Positions 39,090-53,300 of a stretch of 64,000 bases of DNA are shown here, piece by piece. Under the pieces are notes generated by a model. It did not search any database and was not told the DNA's origin. It was given only the letters and a program-made list of their open reading frames with translations. How positions within the stretch are numbered: the first letter of the stretch is position 1; each line of letters starts with the position of its first letter. A program made the translations under genes and the position numbers. Source of the stretch: Lytechinus pictus (lineage: Eukaryota); contig NC_087262.1 of the NCBI RefSeq assembly GCF_037042905.1, forward strand, positions 23,312,001-23,376,000, read 5' to 3'.

Positions 39090-42000
39090 CACTACGAGTA
39101 AAAATGATAATAATAATAATAATAATAATGATGATAATAATAGCAATACAAATATTGATGATAATAATAGATGATAATAATAAGGATAATAATAATAACA
39201 ATTGTAATAATATCAATGAAAAATATACTAAGAACAGTACATGTACTATAGAGATCATAATAATGATAATGAGATAATAAATACAATAATGATTGTTGAT
39301 TCATTATTGTCATAAACAAACAATGGTGTGTATGATATAATAATGATAATGGTATTGATTGGACAGTGATAATGAAACCTCTTCTCTGAGTAATATCATG
39401 TACTATAATTAATCTGCTTTCACAAAATCATGGTAATTGATTATATCATGGTCTTTTTAATACTCCTAATGTACTCACGGAACTCGGTATCCACCATAGT
39501 TGAATGGGGTACTCCGACAGGTCCTACGGTGCTATATCGTATCATTTCATACAGTGTGGCTTCCGTGTAAGGAAGCTTACCGCGATCGCCGATGACCGGG
39601 TAACGACCAGGCCCGATCTCGACGTCGATTTCATGTTGTATTTTAGCCTGGATATCAGGGTGCTCGGTCATCAGAGCGATTGCCCAATAAAGTCTTTGCA
39701 TCGATGTCTCTATTCCAGCTATAAAGGGAATGACAAAAAGAAAGTGACACATCCCATACAGTCTTATAAGCCTCTCCAATTCATTCCTGCTCTTTTATTT
39801 CATTCTTCTCAGTCATCTCTTTCTTCTTCTTGTACGTCGTTTTTCTCTTATTTTTCCTCTTCCTTCTCCTCGTCCTCTCCCTCTTCTTATTATTCTACTT
39901 CACGTACTTCATCGTCTTATCTCACTTCTCTCCTCTCTTCATCGTCCCCTTCTCTTCTATTTCGTTCCTTTTTCTATATTTCCCTTTTCCTATTTCTTTT
40001 ATCTGTTTAACGTTTACGTTTCTTCCCCTCTTTCTTCTTAAATTTTTTCTACCTCCTCCTATTTATGTTTATTTCTCATTCTTTCTCATATTTTTCTTCT
40101 TTCCTACCCCATTTCTTTCTTTTTTTTCACTTCGAAGGATCAAGCAACTTTTCCCGAAGGACCTTTTGTTTTTCAAAATCTCAGAGCTTTTTTTATCCAT
40201 GATAATATGTTTTACCTAAAAAGATATCGTTGACTGTTTGGGCTAAGTGGGTGTCGGACAAATTCTTTGATATTTCCCTGTCTTCATCGCTCTCCTTGGC
40301 TTTCATCTGGGCTAAAAGCATTAGGTCACAGAAATCCCGAGCATTATCTGAAAAAAAAATAGAAAGACACCGACTTCATTCATATAAAACTAACATTTTA
40401 AACGCTTACCAAGGAAACAACCAGTTTTTGAATTATTTTTTTTTTCAATGTTTTAATCAGAAATTGAGTAGGCCTTTTAAAAGAAATTTGTCTTTCACAA
40501 TATCCAAAGGATGAATGTGAGGAAAAGAAAAAAAATATAGCTTCTAATCATACAGCTCTTAACAAAATCAAAGGGTCCGATAATATTGACTAAATAGAAA
40601 TGACAGAAACAAAGTCGAAAATATCAAACGCAATAAAAACTAAAACTTTAAAATGATTAGTGTGATTATTACACTCAGTTTGTCATCGTAATACCTATAA
40701 GGTTGAATTTTTCTATACTATTGATTACAATGGCATAATGAGTAAAAAATGTTGAGGGGCCAGATATGGCGAATCGCGTTAAATTGTGAAAAGTTGCTAG
40801 CGAGCGAACCGAGCGATCAAAAGTTTTTAATTTTTTTATTACAAAAATCCAATTTTGTGATAGATTTGTCATAATATTCAGAAAATAATATCACATTTCA
40901 TCCTTCTCTCTTTTCTTTTCTGTCCTTTTCTATTTTTTTTTCTTGGTCGTGATTTTCGTTTTCTGGGGGTGGGGGGGGGGGGGGGGGAGGGGTTGGCTTT
41001 TGCCCCAAGCCCCTCCATCTGTACGTCTGTGATTAATTACAACTTGCTAGTCTTAACAGTGTATCTACCTTGATTTAAGGTCTCGCGATGACGCTGAAGC
41101 TGAGGCGACGTCCACTCCATGTACTTCTGCTTCATTTTCCGGATGTATCTGGCTCCACCAAATGACATGAACCTGGCCCAAGGGAAGTAGTCCGCAACCA
41201 GACCAAACCCGACCTTCTCAGCCAGCTCCTGAGACATATCAATATACTCCATCATCCGGGGATCACTGAAGTCATAACTATTGGAGTTATAACATTAATT
41301 ATAACATTAATTATGTTCACAAATGGAATCGTAACATAGCGATAGTATTGTAAAAACTTCGTATCGTTTACTCGTAGTCAACTACGATGCCATTAAAAAG
41401 TCGTAACTAAAGCCCCTTTCACAATTGACGTACGACCACTTGCGACCTTTTGGTCGTGCGACAGGCTGCAACAGGCATCAATCGCCAGTCATCTCATAAT
41501 ATCGCACAGAGGCTTTCACAGTTGCAACAGCTGTCGTACAACAAAAACAACCAGTAAAACCCGTTGCACGAGTAAGTCGCTTATGATCCTATTGTGCTCG
41601 TGCGATCACATGCGAGTGTTGCACGAGGGATTGCGAGGGGAACGGTCGCACACAACGGTAGTGCAATGTTGTAAGCCGTTGCGATCGGTCTTGCAACAGT
41701 CTTATGGCACATCATATTATCGCACCCAGTCGCAAGACAGGTCTCTGTACATGTAGGTCGCTAGCACATGTGCAAGTGTTGTACGACCTCCAGTCGAGTA
41801 AATGCGACTACTTAGTTGTGCCACCTCTCGCACCAAGTCGTGAAACGTTGAACAACACTCCCACGATGATCGCCCGACCGATGGTACGACCCCGGATACG
41901 AGCTGATGCGAGTGAATCGGTCGTATTTGATCGCGTTCGGATTTTGAACATGTTCAAAGTTCAGATGTGACCAGTCACGACCACCTCGAGTTCGTGCGAC

Positions 42001-45000
42001 CGTCTACAACGAATGCGAGTGCTCGCAAGTCACCAAGAGATCGATCGTGCAACAGCAGAAAAAAACTGTTGCAGGCGGTCGTAAACTGGTCGGATGTCAA
42101 TTGTGAAAGGGGCTGTACGGTCGCATACATGCGAATGCAACGGTAGTGGAATGTTGTAAGCCGTAATTTCGATCGGTCTTGCAACAGTCTTATATTATCG
42201 CAACCAGTCGCAAGACTGGTCTCTGTAGGTATCTAGCGCATGTGCAAGTGTTGTACGACCTCCAGTCGACTAAATGCGACTATACGTAGTTGTGTCACCT
42301 CTCGCACCAAGTCGTACAACGTTGAACAACACTCACACGATAATCGCCCGACCGATGGTGCGACCTGATGCGAGTAAATCAATCGTATTTGATCGCGTTT
42401 GGATTTTGAACATGTTCAGATTCAGATGCGACCAGTCACGACCACCTCCGACCACCTCAAATTCGTGCGTTCGTCTAAAACCACTGCGAGTGCTCGCAAG
42501 ACACCAAGAGATCGATCGTGCAACAACAAGAAAAAACTGTTGCAGGCGGTCGTAAACAGGTCGTACGTCAATTGTGAAAGGGGCTTAATGCACCACTAAC
42601 ACCCCATTTCCCTGCTAATCTTACGACCTCCCTACGGTCGGGTAAGGCGATCGTACGATTTTCGTAGGGATTAACGATCATCGTAGGGTCTACGATTTTG
42701 CTTAACATAAACACACAATTTCCCTGCTATTCTTACGACCTCCCTACGGTCGGATAAGGCGATCGTACGATTTTCGTAGGGATTAACGATCATCGTAGGG
42801 TCTACGATTTTGCTTAACATAAACACCCCATTTCCCTGCTAATCGTACGACCTCCCTACGGTCGGGTAAGGCGATCGTACGATTTTCGTAGGGATTAACG
42901 ATCATCGTAGGGTCTACGATTTTGCTTAACATAAAATCGTAGACAGTAGCCACATACGGTGTCCTGCAAAAATCGTACACCACTCCAACGTATGACGACC
43001 GTTGCTAATGGAAACGAGGCATACGGGATGATGGATATTATAATGATGATATTAGCTGTGGTGATAATCACTGAAAATGAAAAAATGAAAATCCATATTT
43101 TATTGTTCAAAATAGAAATCTGAGAATATTTTTAATCATTTTCCCAAGCTGATCGCTGACCCGGCAGCCACTGTGCAGCGCCAGATCGACGAAGCTCTAT
43201 TCCTTAAATGTTGAACGCCAAACAGGGTAGCAACAACTCCCATCTTCAGTTTTTACGTCTTCTGGTCTTATACAGCCAGGGTTTGAACTCCCAAATACCC
43301 GGTTGTTAGACGGACGCTCTACCAACTGAGCCAACACAAGTCATGTATGTTGACCTGAATAGCCATTGCGATTATAAAGATGACGAAATGAAGTTGGTTA
43401 TACTAACGACAATGACGATGGAAATAACGGCGACGTTGGTGACAATTAAAATATCGCCTGCATCGGATCATAAATATTAATTTGGTAAACGTTTGAAAAT
43501 GTCAACGCTGGCCAAAATGGCAAAGACAATACAGCCAATTCCATTTTTTTAGTCGGCTTGTGAAATAAAGATGAAATGAAATGACGAAGATGATGATCAG
43601 GCGACGATGGCAATAATGATGAGGATGATGATAACGTACCTTTCATTGAAGCACATTTTGGAGAACATATTGTAAAGGGTTAGGGTGATCATTAGCTTTG
43701 GATCGAATGGCTTCCCACTGTTCTCTTTCAACATTTGTTGTACTTGAGGAAAGACACCGTGGACCAAACTATCTAACTTCCGTCCTGTAGCAAATTGTCT
43801 AGAAAGAGTTTTGATAGAAAGAAGGAGGGACATATGGAGAGATAGAGAGGGAGAGAGAGAGAGGGGGTGGGAGAAATAAAGGGACAACAAGTGAGAAGGG
43901 CTGCGTGTAAGAGTGTGTGTGTAGGGGGGGTCTTCGTCACTAATACTAAAAAGCTTGCTTTATATAGAAGAGGCGTGTGATCGTGTCTTTCTGACGGTCC
44001 ATGATGTACATGTACATGTAAATCTGCATCACACCCATCCCCTCCCAAACATTCATACTTAGTATCTGCCGAATCGGACATAGATTTTCAAACTTTATCT
44101 ATCCATCTATCCAAAAAAGCGGCAAGCAATGTACATTTTTGCGTCAGTCTTGAGCATTAGCGCCTCCGTCGGGTCAGGTTGGATTTTCTTAATAGGTATT
44201 CACAGTAGGCCTGCTACAGTATCTTATACATTTTGTAATATTTTTGTTAGTATGAGGATACTACCTATTTATCCGATCATTTGATATGTCTATCATTTCA
44301 ATTGCATCTCTTACCTGATAGCTGAATGGGCCAATTTTCGGTGTAGTTTCCAAGTTTCTGAGAAATTGCTGAAGACAATGTCTTTGAACCCATCAGAAGC
44401 AATTTCCGCTGTGAGAATAAAAAAATGGTCGAAGGTACAGGGGTATCAGAAAACATACATGGATAATCGAGTGTCATATATGCGAGGTGTTCCTCATGAA
44501 TATGGAGCAGGAACTCTGTTATTCATTATGTTCAGTGAAATCATTAATTCATTGGAAATACAACCTGACCTGACCTGAACTGTACTTTTTATTTGTTAAT
44601 ATATTAATATAGATTTATTCTTGTTAGCCAATTGTATAAGAGGAACTATGAAGAATCTGATAATCATTTTCACGTTTATGTTCCTTCTGTCTAATGAACT
44701 TAGACCTGGGTTTAAAAATTGTCACGTATTTTGAAGAGTTTCGTTTTTAATCTATAGATGATCCTCGAGATAAAGTTCAAAATCAGGAATACGTTTGTAG
44801 GCAATACTTATCATTTCCAGACGGTTTAATACAAACACAAAAAGTTGATTGAATAGAAAGGTAGGCCGATGCTCGATTCCATGATACTTAAAGTAAACTC
44901 TGAATTCCAAGGATATCAAATAAATCCAGATTAGTTGTGAATAGTGACCAGCCGAATATTAGATTAAGATTCAAACCATTAAGATTTAAACATAAAGCTA

Positions 45001-47212
45001 AAGGATTTGAATTTAAATCATTTGAGATTGTAAAGTTAATCCTAAAGATTAAAAATAAATCCAAAATTTGGCTGGTCACCATTCACAGCCGATCTGGATT
45101 TATTTTAAATCCTTGCAATTTAGGGTATATCCAATGAAGGTACCGCTATTCTCTATTTATCCTACCTGAATAAATCTGAGGTCTTCCGCTAAATTCGACG
45201 CCATACTTCAGCATTGCTTCTTTGATGACCTCCTGATGATTTAGAACAACGACCCATCGTTCCCCGACCCGAAAACTAAAGATGTCGCCATATATTTTGG
45301 ACCATTTGTCGAATAGAACTTCGCTGCTTGCTGTCAAATCTGTTATGTAGTTTGATTAAAAAAGGAAGTGGTTTTGACTGTATACTTACATAATGTGTGT
45401 AAAATTCAAGTGAAAATATTACGCTCTTATAATCATGATAATTATGAATGGACGGCGAATAAGTGAAGTATGAAAATAATTAACCTCAACGTTTTCCACA
45501 GACCCCGATATATCAATATTTGCCAACAACGGTTCGAAAATGTCACCGATCAATGAGCTCGCGTGTTTTCTTTTTATTATAGGTTTTCCCGTCCTATTTC
45601 GTCAAAATTTCAACCGATTTAATGATGTTATAATTCAATTTGCAACTAATTTGAATGACCTATAAGATCAATCTTTAAATTGCCAAATACTTATTTCAAT
45701 TTAATTTTATTGTCATACGATTCATGATTATCACATTTAAACATGATTGTATAAAGAACGATCAAATTAAAATAGCTGAAGAAGTGTTTTCCAATTTGCA
45801 CCGGTACCCTCCTTGAAAACGTTTAGGAATTCAAAATTATAAATATGCAATCACTTATAGGATATGGACAGTGTTTTTCGTTGGGGTTTTTATTTATTTT
45901 TTAACTTCTTTTGAATAACAATGGAAATGGGTTTTAGTTTAAAATTGGATGTTAACCATTTTACTGAAATTTATCATCCATCTGACAGACTATCATCGGA
46001 ACAACAACTCGTTTTTGTTCTACTTTCATAACTATAGACTGTGGTCAATACCATGTCTAATATCCATTCCCTAACACAATATAAATTACAATTATGTAAA
46101 AAAAAAAGAAAAAAGAAAGAAAAAGAACAAGAAGGAGAAGTTGATGATGTTGAAGAAAAAAATACCTATACCATAAGTATAGGTCATCCACCCACTAACC
46201 AATCACTAATATAATAACTGTTTACAACCATATCCTATAAGTGTTACATGAATTACGTCTTTATCAAACATAATGAAATAAAATGATCAGAAAAAATTGA
46301 AATATAAGATAAAGCATGAAAAATACTGTATAACGTAATAAAATAAATGAACACAGAACCATGTTATCTTTATTTGGACGTTTAAAGTGCAAAAATGTGT
46401 GCCGATAAATGAAATTGAAAGTGGTATTTAATGCAAAATTAAACGATCAGTCCGTCGTAGCGAAATTCAATGACAACTTTGGGCTATTAATTTGAACGAA
46501 TTTATCTCTAAATTGAATTTCTTCAAAATTCAGAGGAATGATATAGAACGGAATTGAATGCTGAATAAACGAAAATTAACCACGTGTGCAGTGGGTGGAC
46601 AAAAATATTTTGAATTTGAACGTCCTTTCATTAATTTAAATGCAACTCTGATGAAATTGGACGGGAAAACCTATATTTGACAGAATTAGAAGACGAAAAT
46701 AGTTTTATCTCGATTCCTTTCCGAATTCAAATTACGATCACACGTAGCAACGTACGTTTAGTATTTTTTCAGCTCACATGCGAAATGGCATATTTTAGTT
46801 TTATTCCATGCCAAACGTTCGCCAGCCAATACAAAGAACCCGTATATGATGTGGTTATATGTGAACATAAATTCAATCATTGAAAGTACTTATTGAAAAT
46901 GAATCGACTAAGATTAGCTAAAAATTAAAACTGTAAGGATGTTTATGATCAAAGGTGCAATGAGTTTGTTGTTTGCTCATGAATAATAGCCTGTATATCC
47001 AATATAAGGGCCAATGACCTACCGAGCACATTTCCGATGATTGGCATACCAGGAGGTCCAGGAGGAAATCGGCTTGGTCTCCTTGTATTCTTTACGAGAA
47101 CGACGACGACGATGCACAGGCAGATAGAGATCACCATACTGCCATAGCCATAGCCATCATTGGTCAATCCGATTGATTCGGTACTTATTGAACCAACGTC
47201 CATGATCATCAT
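34256..47212 (-). CDS. Cytochrome P450, clan 2 (CYP17/CYP1-like), 9 exons, 516 aa
   Basis: Exons 47212-47023, 45339-45166, 44408-44315, 43798-43640, 41277-41069, 40347-40216, 39718-39479, 35466-35368, 34509-34256. All GT-AG with consistent phases; total 1551 nt. TM anchor and PPGPPGMPIIGN, FSGRP, WKLHRK, AGIETS (I helix), EMIR (ExxR), PEHF, FGTGRRSCLG (heme Cys). Confidence 0.95.
34974..35240. mobile_element. MITE in P450 intron 8 (second copy at 47383-47633)
   Basis: TIR (C)ATTACGCAGACGCTTTCT ... AGAAAACGTCTGCGTAGTG; internal sequence is clearly homologous to 47383-47633. Confidence 0.65.
36395..37381 (+). mobile_element. CR1/L2-group LINE 3' fragment in P450 intron 7
   Basis: Degenerate ISRNIGVINKVKFF...MLYSTLILPYLNYG...LQKKALRVI...SHTDELF...MYQL; 3' stem-loop GGAGGCTGC...GCAGCCTCC (~37201-37240); (GAAAT)n tail. 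Confidence 0.8.
38980..39290. repeat. Compound (AAT)/(TAC)/(GAT) microsatellite tract
   Basis: Directly visible; gives rise to spurious poly-L/I/S ORFs. Confidence 0.95.
41411..42585. mobile_element. PIF/Harbinger-type non-autonomous element with duplicated 3' half
   Basis: TIR AGCCCCTTTCACAATTGACGTACGACC; TSD TAA (41408-41410, 42586-42588). Segment ~41642-42115, including a right TIR copy, is repeated at ~42117-42585. Confidence 0.85.
42599..42934. repeat. Tandem repeat, 3 x 112 bp
   Basis: TTTCCCTGCTA recurs at 42607, 42719 and 42831; units are nearly identical and rich in TCGTA/TACGA. Confidence 0.92.
43150..43338 (-). mobile_element. tRNA-derived SINE
   Basis: Minus strand reads GTGTTGGCTCAGTTGGTAGAGCGTCCG (A box) ... 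GGAGTTCAAACC (B box), followed by SINE body. Confidence 0.7.
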
Positions 47213-47382
47213 GATCAGAGTATATTTTTCATAGACCTATGATTATTTGCGGTTTTCTGTTCTCTCACTGCCCCTCAGTGAATTTGTCTTTCCGCTCTAT
47301 ATGGTACGCATCTGTTCTCATTCCATGTGGGGCTATTGTCTGCTGACCACGCTCTCCCTCAATAATAGGGCATTTTCGCAAG

Positions 47383-47633
47383 CACTACCCAAACGCTTTC
47401 TACAACTAACCAATTCCTTTGAAAATGCAAGCCAAATTACAATTGACAGCCGAGAGGTTTTTGTCGAAGCTGGTGGACCGGGACAATACGAATATTGCAA
47501 ATACATGTATGTTGTTTGTCCAGAGTCTAAGACGACGCTGCTGTTTTGATTCACTGATTTTCGAGAAAGGCTGTTTTTGTCATTGAAGGGCTTTTGACAA
47601 TATCTCAACTTTCCAGAAAGCGGCTGCGTATTG
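47383..47633. mobile_element. MITE ~170 bp upstream of the P450 start codon
   Basis: CACTACCCAAACGCTTTCT ... AGAAAGCGGCTGCGTATTG; homologous to 34974-35240. Confidence 0.65.
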
Positions 47634-48690
47634 CCGCGAAAACTCTCTAATACCCTTTCTATCCACACATTTGCTTTCTAGAAAAACTCTTCGTTCCATT
47701 CACCTCCTTTCTTGACAGTCGTTATTTTTCCAGAGATCCGACAGTTGACAAGCTGATATCAAAATGTGCGCACTTGTCATAATTCAACAATGAATCTAAT
47801 ATTGTGCACTGCAGTCCTTATCGGGAAAGAAACAATGGTCTAAGGCTGCGAATCTAAATAAATGTTTGTTGTACAGCTAGTTAAGTCAATACAATCGTCT
47901 AGGTCGTTCATGTGAGACGTCATTGTTTGCTGCTAGGGTCAAGCATAGATAGAAAAGGGTCCACGGTCCGATTTTTTTTTTTTTTTTTTTTTTTTTGGGG
48001 GGGGGGGTGCTGGACATTTATTATAGACTGCTGCTTTTCAGGAGGGGTATCGTTACCCGCCCTGTTCATAGTTGTAAACTAATCCATCTCGAACCCATCC
48101 CCTCGCTCTCCCTCCCTTCCCCTCCTCTCGTTGTCTCTCTCTCTCCCACAAACACCCTCACACACACACACACCCTCACTCACTCACACACACACCCACA
48201 CACACGCATTTTCTCTTTCCTACCCGATATCTCTCCATTTCTTTCTTCGACCCACCTCTTCTTAACATAATCATCCTCTCTTGTTCAATCATACTGCTAT
48301 GTTCTATCATTGCTTTACTCCCTTTAACAGTGAGCCATAATGCACCCGGTCTACGATATTCATAGGATATGATAATAATAATGTGTCCATTTATATAGCA
48401 CAGTTACTATGTGCATATACTCAACTGCACTTTGATACTTGGTATCATATCATTACCCTAGGATGTCCTAGGTTGATCATAAATGCTAGTCATGCATTAC
48501 AGTGGCATACAGCGACCATGCGATATTCATACGGATTCAAAATCATCATAGTGTCTACGATTCTGTTAAGCGCCGAGTTATCAAAAAACATTAAAAGAAA
48601 AATCGTAAGCTCGTAGACATTAAACACATCGCGTGTGCATCGAAATGATCAGCGCAGGGGACAACGCTAACACCTTATCATCGTACTCAA

Positions 48691-48779
48691 TGCTTGTTTG
48701 ATTTTATTCAAATGAACTTCTTGTTGGGTTGAGTAACTCAACCCAACAAGAAGTTGATTTGAATAAAGTCAAACAAGCA
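48691..48779. repeat. Fold-back palindrome, 44-bp arms, 1-nt loop
   Basis: 48691-48734 is the reverse complement of 48736-48779 with 2 mismatches. Confidence 0.9.
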
Positions 48780-49459
48780 CAGGTAGCAATGTCAAATTCA
48801 CCCCTCTTTCAACTTTATTAAGGCAATCGACTTTTGATTTGATTTTCATTTTTTGCTTGTTTTATATTTCTCTATTTATTCAACCCAACTGCTGCATAGA
48901 CTTTGAACTTATAGATTTATGTCAATAAGCTTATAGAGGGGAGGTCGGGCTGGACGACAATAATGACCCATGATAACTTTACCATCAATGGAAAAAATGG
49001 TAACAATACCCATAACAACCAACTAACCAACCAAATTTCAGTCTTATACATTCAGATTTATTGGAAAAAAACAATTGTGCACTTAATTGTATTTTCATTA
49101 TAGTAAGAACAAATGTATATGATTGTAAAATAAACAATACAATTCCTCTTTTCAGTATCATTAAATCCTCAGTAATCAATTATTACCAACATGAGAAATA
49201 CATTGCCTAACTAAATTTCAAACAACGCAGATTTGACAAAAGATGGTTTCGATTGAAAAATCTCTTTATTGTTTGACTTCCACATGTAAAATTATTTTGT
49301 TACACTTGTCAGTTCATTGTTTATATCAGTGATTGTATTGTTCATTGTACTCTGTATCTATTGATTTTTTATTGCCAATAAAATCACTGTGGAGGGGAAA
49401 AAGAACAAAAAAACATGACTGAACCACATAGTATTAAACAAAGCTAATTTCACATGTTA

Positions 49460-49734
49460 AGGGAGGAATCAATCGCTATTTCACTTGACAATGAGGAGAA
49501 AATTAGAATATTTCATGTAATAAAATAAATAGTGAGTGGATGATGTCATCAATCTCCTCATTTGCATACCAACCAGGATGCAAATACAACTATTCAGTGA
49601 AATTAAGCGAAACTTTAAAATGTCATAACTTTGTTATTTTACATCCGATTCTGATAAATTTTTAGTGTAATGTTTGTTAGATTTTTTTCTTTTTATTCAA
49701 ATCAACATTTTGTTGGGGTGGACTTGTCCTTTAA
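49460..49734. mobile_element. Kolobok-type MITE, partial
   Basis: Ends TTTATTCAAATCAACATTTTGTTGGGGTGGACTTGTCCT|TTAA, i.e. a CT terminus followed by TTAA. Confidence 0.55.
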
Positions 49735-50320
49735 AGAGAAAATTTTGAAGGATAATTTTATCTTCGGTTAGCATAATAACGTACTTGATAGAGAAAACTG
49801 AGGCACTTTGGGGTACATTGATTTTTAAAAGCGATTAAAGCCCTCATTGTTTATTTGAAAATCACGATCATGCCAATTTATTTTATCTGTCGGCCGCTGT
49901 CTAACGATAAAAATCCTCACGATGACCTTGATTCTTATCTTAAGCAACCGACATATCGCGACACCGCGAAATAATGAAGTACCGCGTGTTCACGCTAACT
50001 TGGGCCCCGTCTAAGATATACGATTGATCCAATCAATCGTAATTATATGGAAATCCATCAGTGGCGTAACTACGGGGGGGGGGCACGATGGGGGGCACGT
50101 GCCCCCCAATCAGCTGGCCCAAAAAAAACGGGGAAAAGGAGAAAAAAGAGGGAGAAAGGGAGAGGTAATAGGAAAGAAGAAATTATTATTCATTATAATG
50201 TTATATTATATTATAGTTATATTATCTCATATTACATTAAAAATTCGTAACTTTATAAAACATAATTTGCTCAGGGACTATGGCTTCATTGTTCCTGGTG
50301 CTCGCATTGTATGTTTAATG

Positions 50321-53300
50321 GGGTGTTGCAAGAAACTTGCGATTGAACGCAAATCGAACGCAACTCCCAAAATTGAGCGTAAGTCCTCCGATTAAACGCA
50401 AATCTGCAATTGAACGCAAGTTACGTTCAATCCTGTTGCAAGAAGAAGTTGCGTTTGATCAATTGAACGTAGATCAAGCGCAAGCTTTGCAATTGATTGC
50501 AAATCGAACGTAACTTATGTGAGATTTTGGAGGACACGCAAATTTGCGTTCGATTTACGTTCAATTGATTGTCCATAGGCTTGTGTACTAAAAATTCTGC
50601 AAATTTTTTTTTTTTTTGTATTTTGTTTTGAAAACTTGTGTAAATTATGCCATTTTCAACTTTCCATGGGTTTTTTTCAAGAAAAACTTGAAATAATGTT
50701 ATTTTTAATCTTTATAGGCCTCTTCAGCAATTATGCCATTATTATCACACAATTTCACTACATTCTCTCCTAATATCATTTTAAAGTGTGTCAATCACCA
50801 AAAATATTCTGCTCTTGTTATCAGAGGTCATGGAATATTCAAATTGTGATTTCTGAAATAATTTGTATGAAAAAATATTGAAGAAATATTAATTCTCCAT
50901 AAGCACAAAAAAGCCACTCTTCATTAAAACACTTCATGCACTGGCAAATGCTTATCAATATTTCTGAGGGTTTGCAGTAAATACAACTCAGAATTTGTTT
51001 TGCAAGAGCACCAAATTGCTTTAATGCTTTCATTCATAAATATCATAATGAATAACATGCCCAATTAAGTTATTTTAGTTTGATTTTCAAATAAAACATA
51101 CATTTCAGGAGATTGCTACACTTCAAAATCTGAAGCTCTCTTGTTTCTCTCTCTTTAATCATGAGATTGCATGGTAGATATATATCACACTTGCATACAG
51201 GGATGAGGTCGAGGCTGATTCTTCCGAGTCATGAGGCAGCTTGAGAGAACTTCCCATAGATTCTGTACAGTGACTCGGACCAAGGCCAGCAAATGTTGTC
51301 TCGAGGTCAGCATTGACTACATCCCTGCTTGGAAATGAAAAGATCCATTGATCTGTGCACAAAAAGAACACTGCTCAAGACATTCATTATTGATGGACCT
51401 TTTATTTTTAATTTTCATTGTTTCTTACTCCTGAGGAATTACTTCTGAGATTCATTTATATCAAATAAAAATTCATATCATCTTCAAGTGTTTTACCACT
51501 GAATGTCAGCCCACAGTCCTTAATGTTGGCAAGAAGAATCCATAGAAGTCCAGTCAGGAAAGCCAGTCAGGAAAGCCACAAGCTTCTCTGCTTGAAGGAA
51601 CAAATTTGGTTTCCAGAAGCAGTCTAATTTGAGATGAATATGGAGAGCTCCATGGAGTGAAGTTTTTAAACCAACACACTCATTCTGAAGTCCACTCTAA
51701 TAAGATGTTACTACAGACAGGAGCAGCTCTGAATTCAGTTCTGATAACCAACCTGTTCGTAAAAAAATAATAATATAGGAAATAATGCAAGCCCATAACC
51801 ATACATAGCTTGGGTTAGTTCAAATTTTGTCCTTTCAGTGCAAGAACGCCCTTAGCAAAACATTTTTGTGCACCCCATCAGTGCAGAAATGCCCCTATGC
51901 CTGCTGGTAAGGGCGTTGTTTGCAACGACAAGATGATATGATAGAGGGATAGTGGCTTACTCCTGAGACCATAATAATTGGCAATTTGCCATGATGTAAT
52001 CTAAAAAAGTGTGAAAACTTATTGTTTTTCCCCCAAATAAATGAATCATGGAAATTGAAATATGCAATAAATTAAATCAATGACAGCAAAATTCACAATT
52101 TCATTCAGTACACATTGGATGAGCACAACAACCACCCCCTCCCCCCCATCAATGGGGGTGTCTTCATTGCTGAGAAGTCCAAGTCAAGATAGAGATTTGT
52201 ATTTGCCTTTTTCATTTTGCATTATCCTTGGGTTAATGTGTACAGATTTCACCCCCATCCGCATTACGATCATGGTGAATAATTAATAATACAGTTTACA
52301 TGTAACCTACCATTTGAGAGTTAATAAAATGAATCAATCAGCTGGTTGCAAGAACACACATTGTAGCAGACACATTTATGGTGGTTCGGAGGTTTCTTGT
52401 TTATTCCAGATTTCTTTGTCATCATAACTGTAGTAAGCAATTAAAAGCAAAAAGCAAAGAGATAAAACATGTTCATGATATTAATATACAAGTTAAGCTC
52501 AGTTGCCAGGGTGTTAATCATTATAGTAGTCCCAGGGTGTTTTGATTAAAGTCACTTCTGGCCTGGGGAGGGGCACTATGGTTCCTCATCCATGGGCGGT
52601 GCAATTAAAAAAAATATGAAATCATACCTTTGATTTACTAAAAAAAGCTCGTAATAGAATGCTAAACTTTGGTGTACATATTCCTTTCTAGAGCATTCCT
52701 AACAACTTTACTTTAAAAAATCTGGTATAAAAATAAATTCCTTTCTTAACTTCTTAAATGTATTTCTTTTAATTGTTATTTTCAACACAAAGTTCATCAG
52801 TGACATTGAATTACTATTGTCAATAAAAAAATTACCCAATTATGAATATTGACTTTTTACATGTAATCATGTTTTTGTCTGACATGTACTTAAATTGCAA
52901 ATTTGGTCTCAAAAGTTGCGTGAGACTTGAAAGTAAAACGTCAGTCAATGGTGCGGTAATACAATTTTGAGTGGCAGATTTATTCTGAAAAATGTCAAGG
53001 GGGACCATATGCCCCCCCCCCGAGTATTGTGCTTGATGTAAAAGGATGTAAAAAAAAATTGATTATGCATTCAATATTAATAATGATGCACCAAATGAGA
53101 CACCCTTTTACTGTAAGTACCTGGAAAAGCATTGTAATCATCCATTAAATAATTTAAAGTGAAAAAAAAAAATCTGTCATCTATACAGCACCTCATGTGC
53201 TTGCATAAAAATCAAGTTAAGACTAGAGTCAGTTACATAGTAGCCCGGGGGGGGGGGTTACTCACAAAATAATGCATATGGGGATGTGCCGCTGGAATGG

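Noticed and set aside
38942-40219. Poly-L/I/S/F-rich ORFs of 75-168 aa
   Set aside because: Translations of microsatellite and pyrimidine-rich intron sequence, or antisense to a P450 exon.
42599-42934. Possible CRISPR-like array
   Set aside because: Whole 112-bp units repeat with no unique spacers, there are no cas genes, and the context is eukaryotic.
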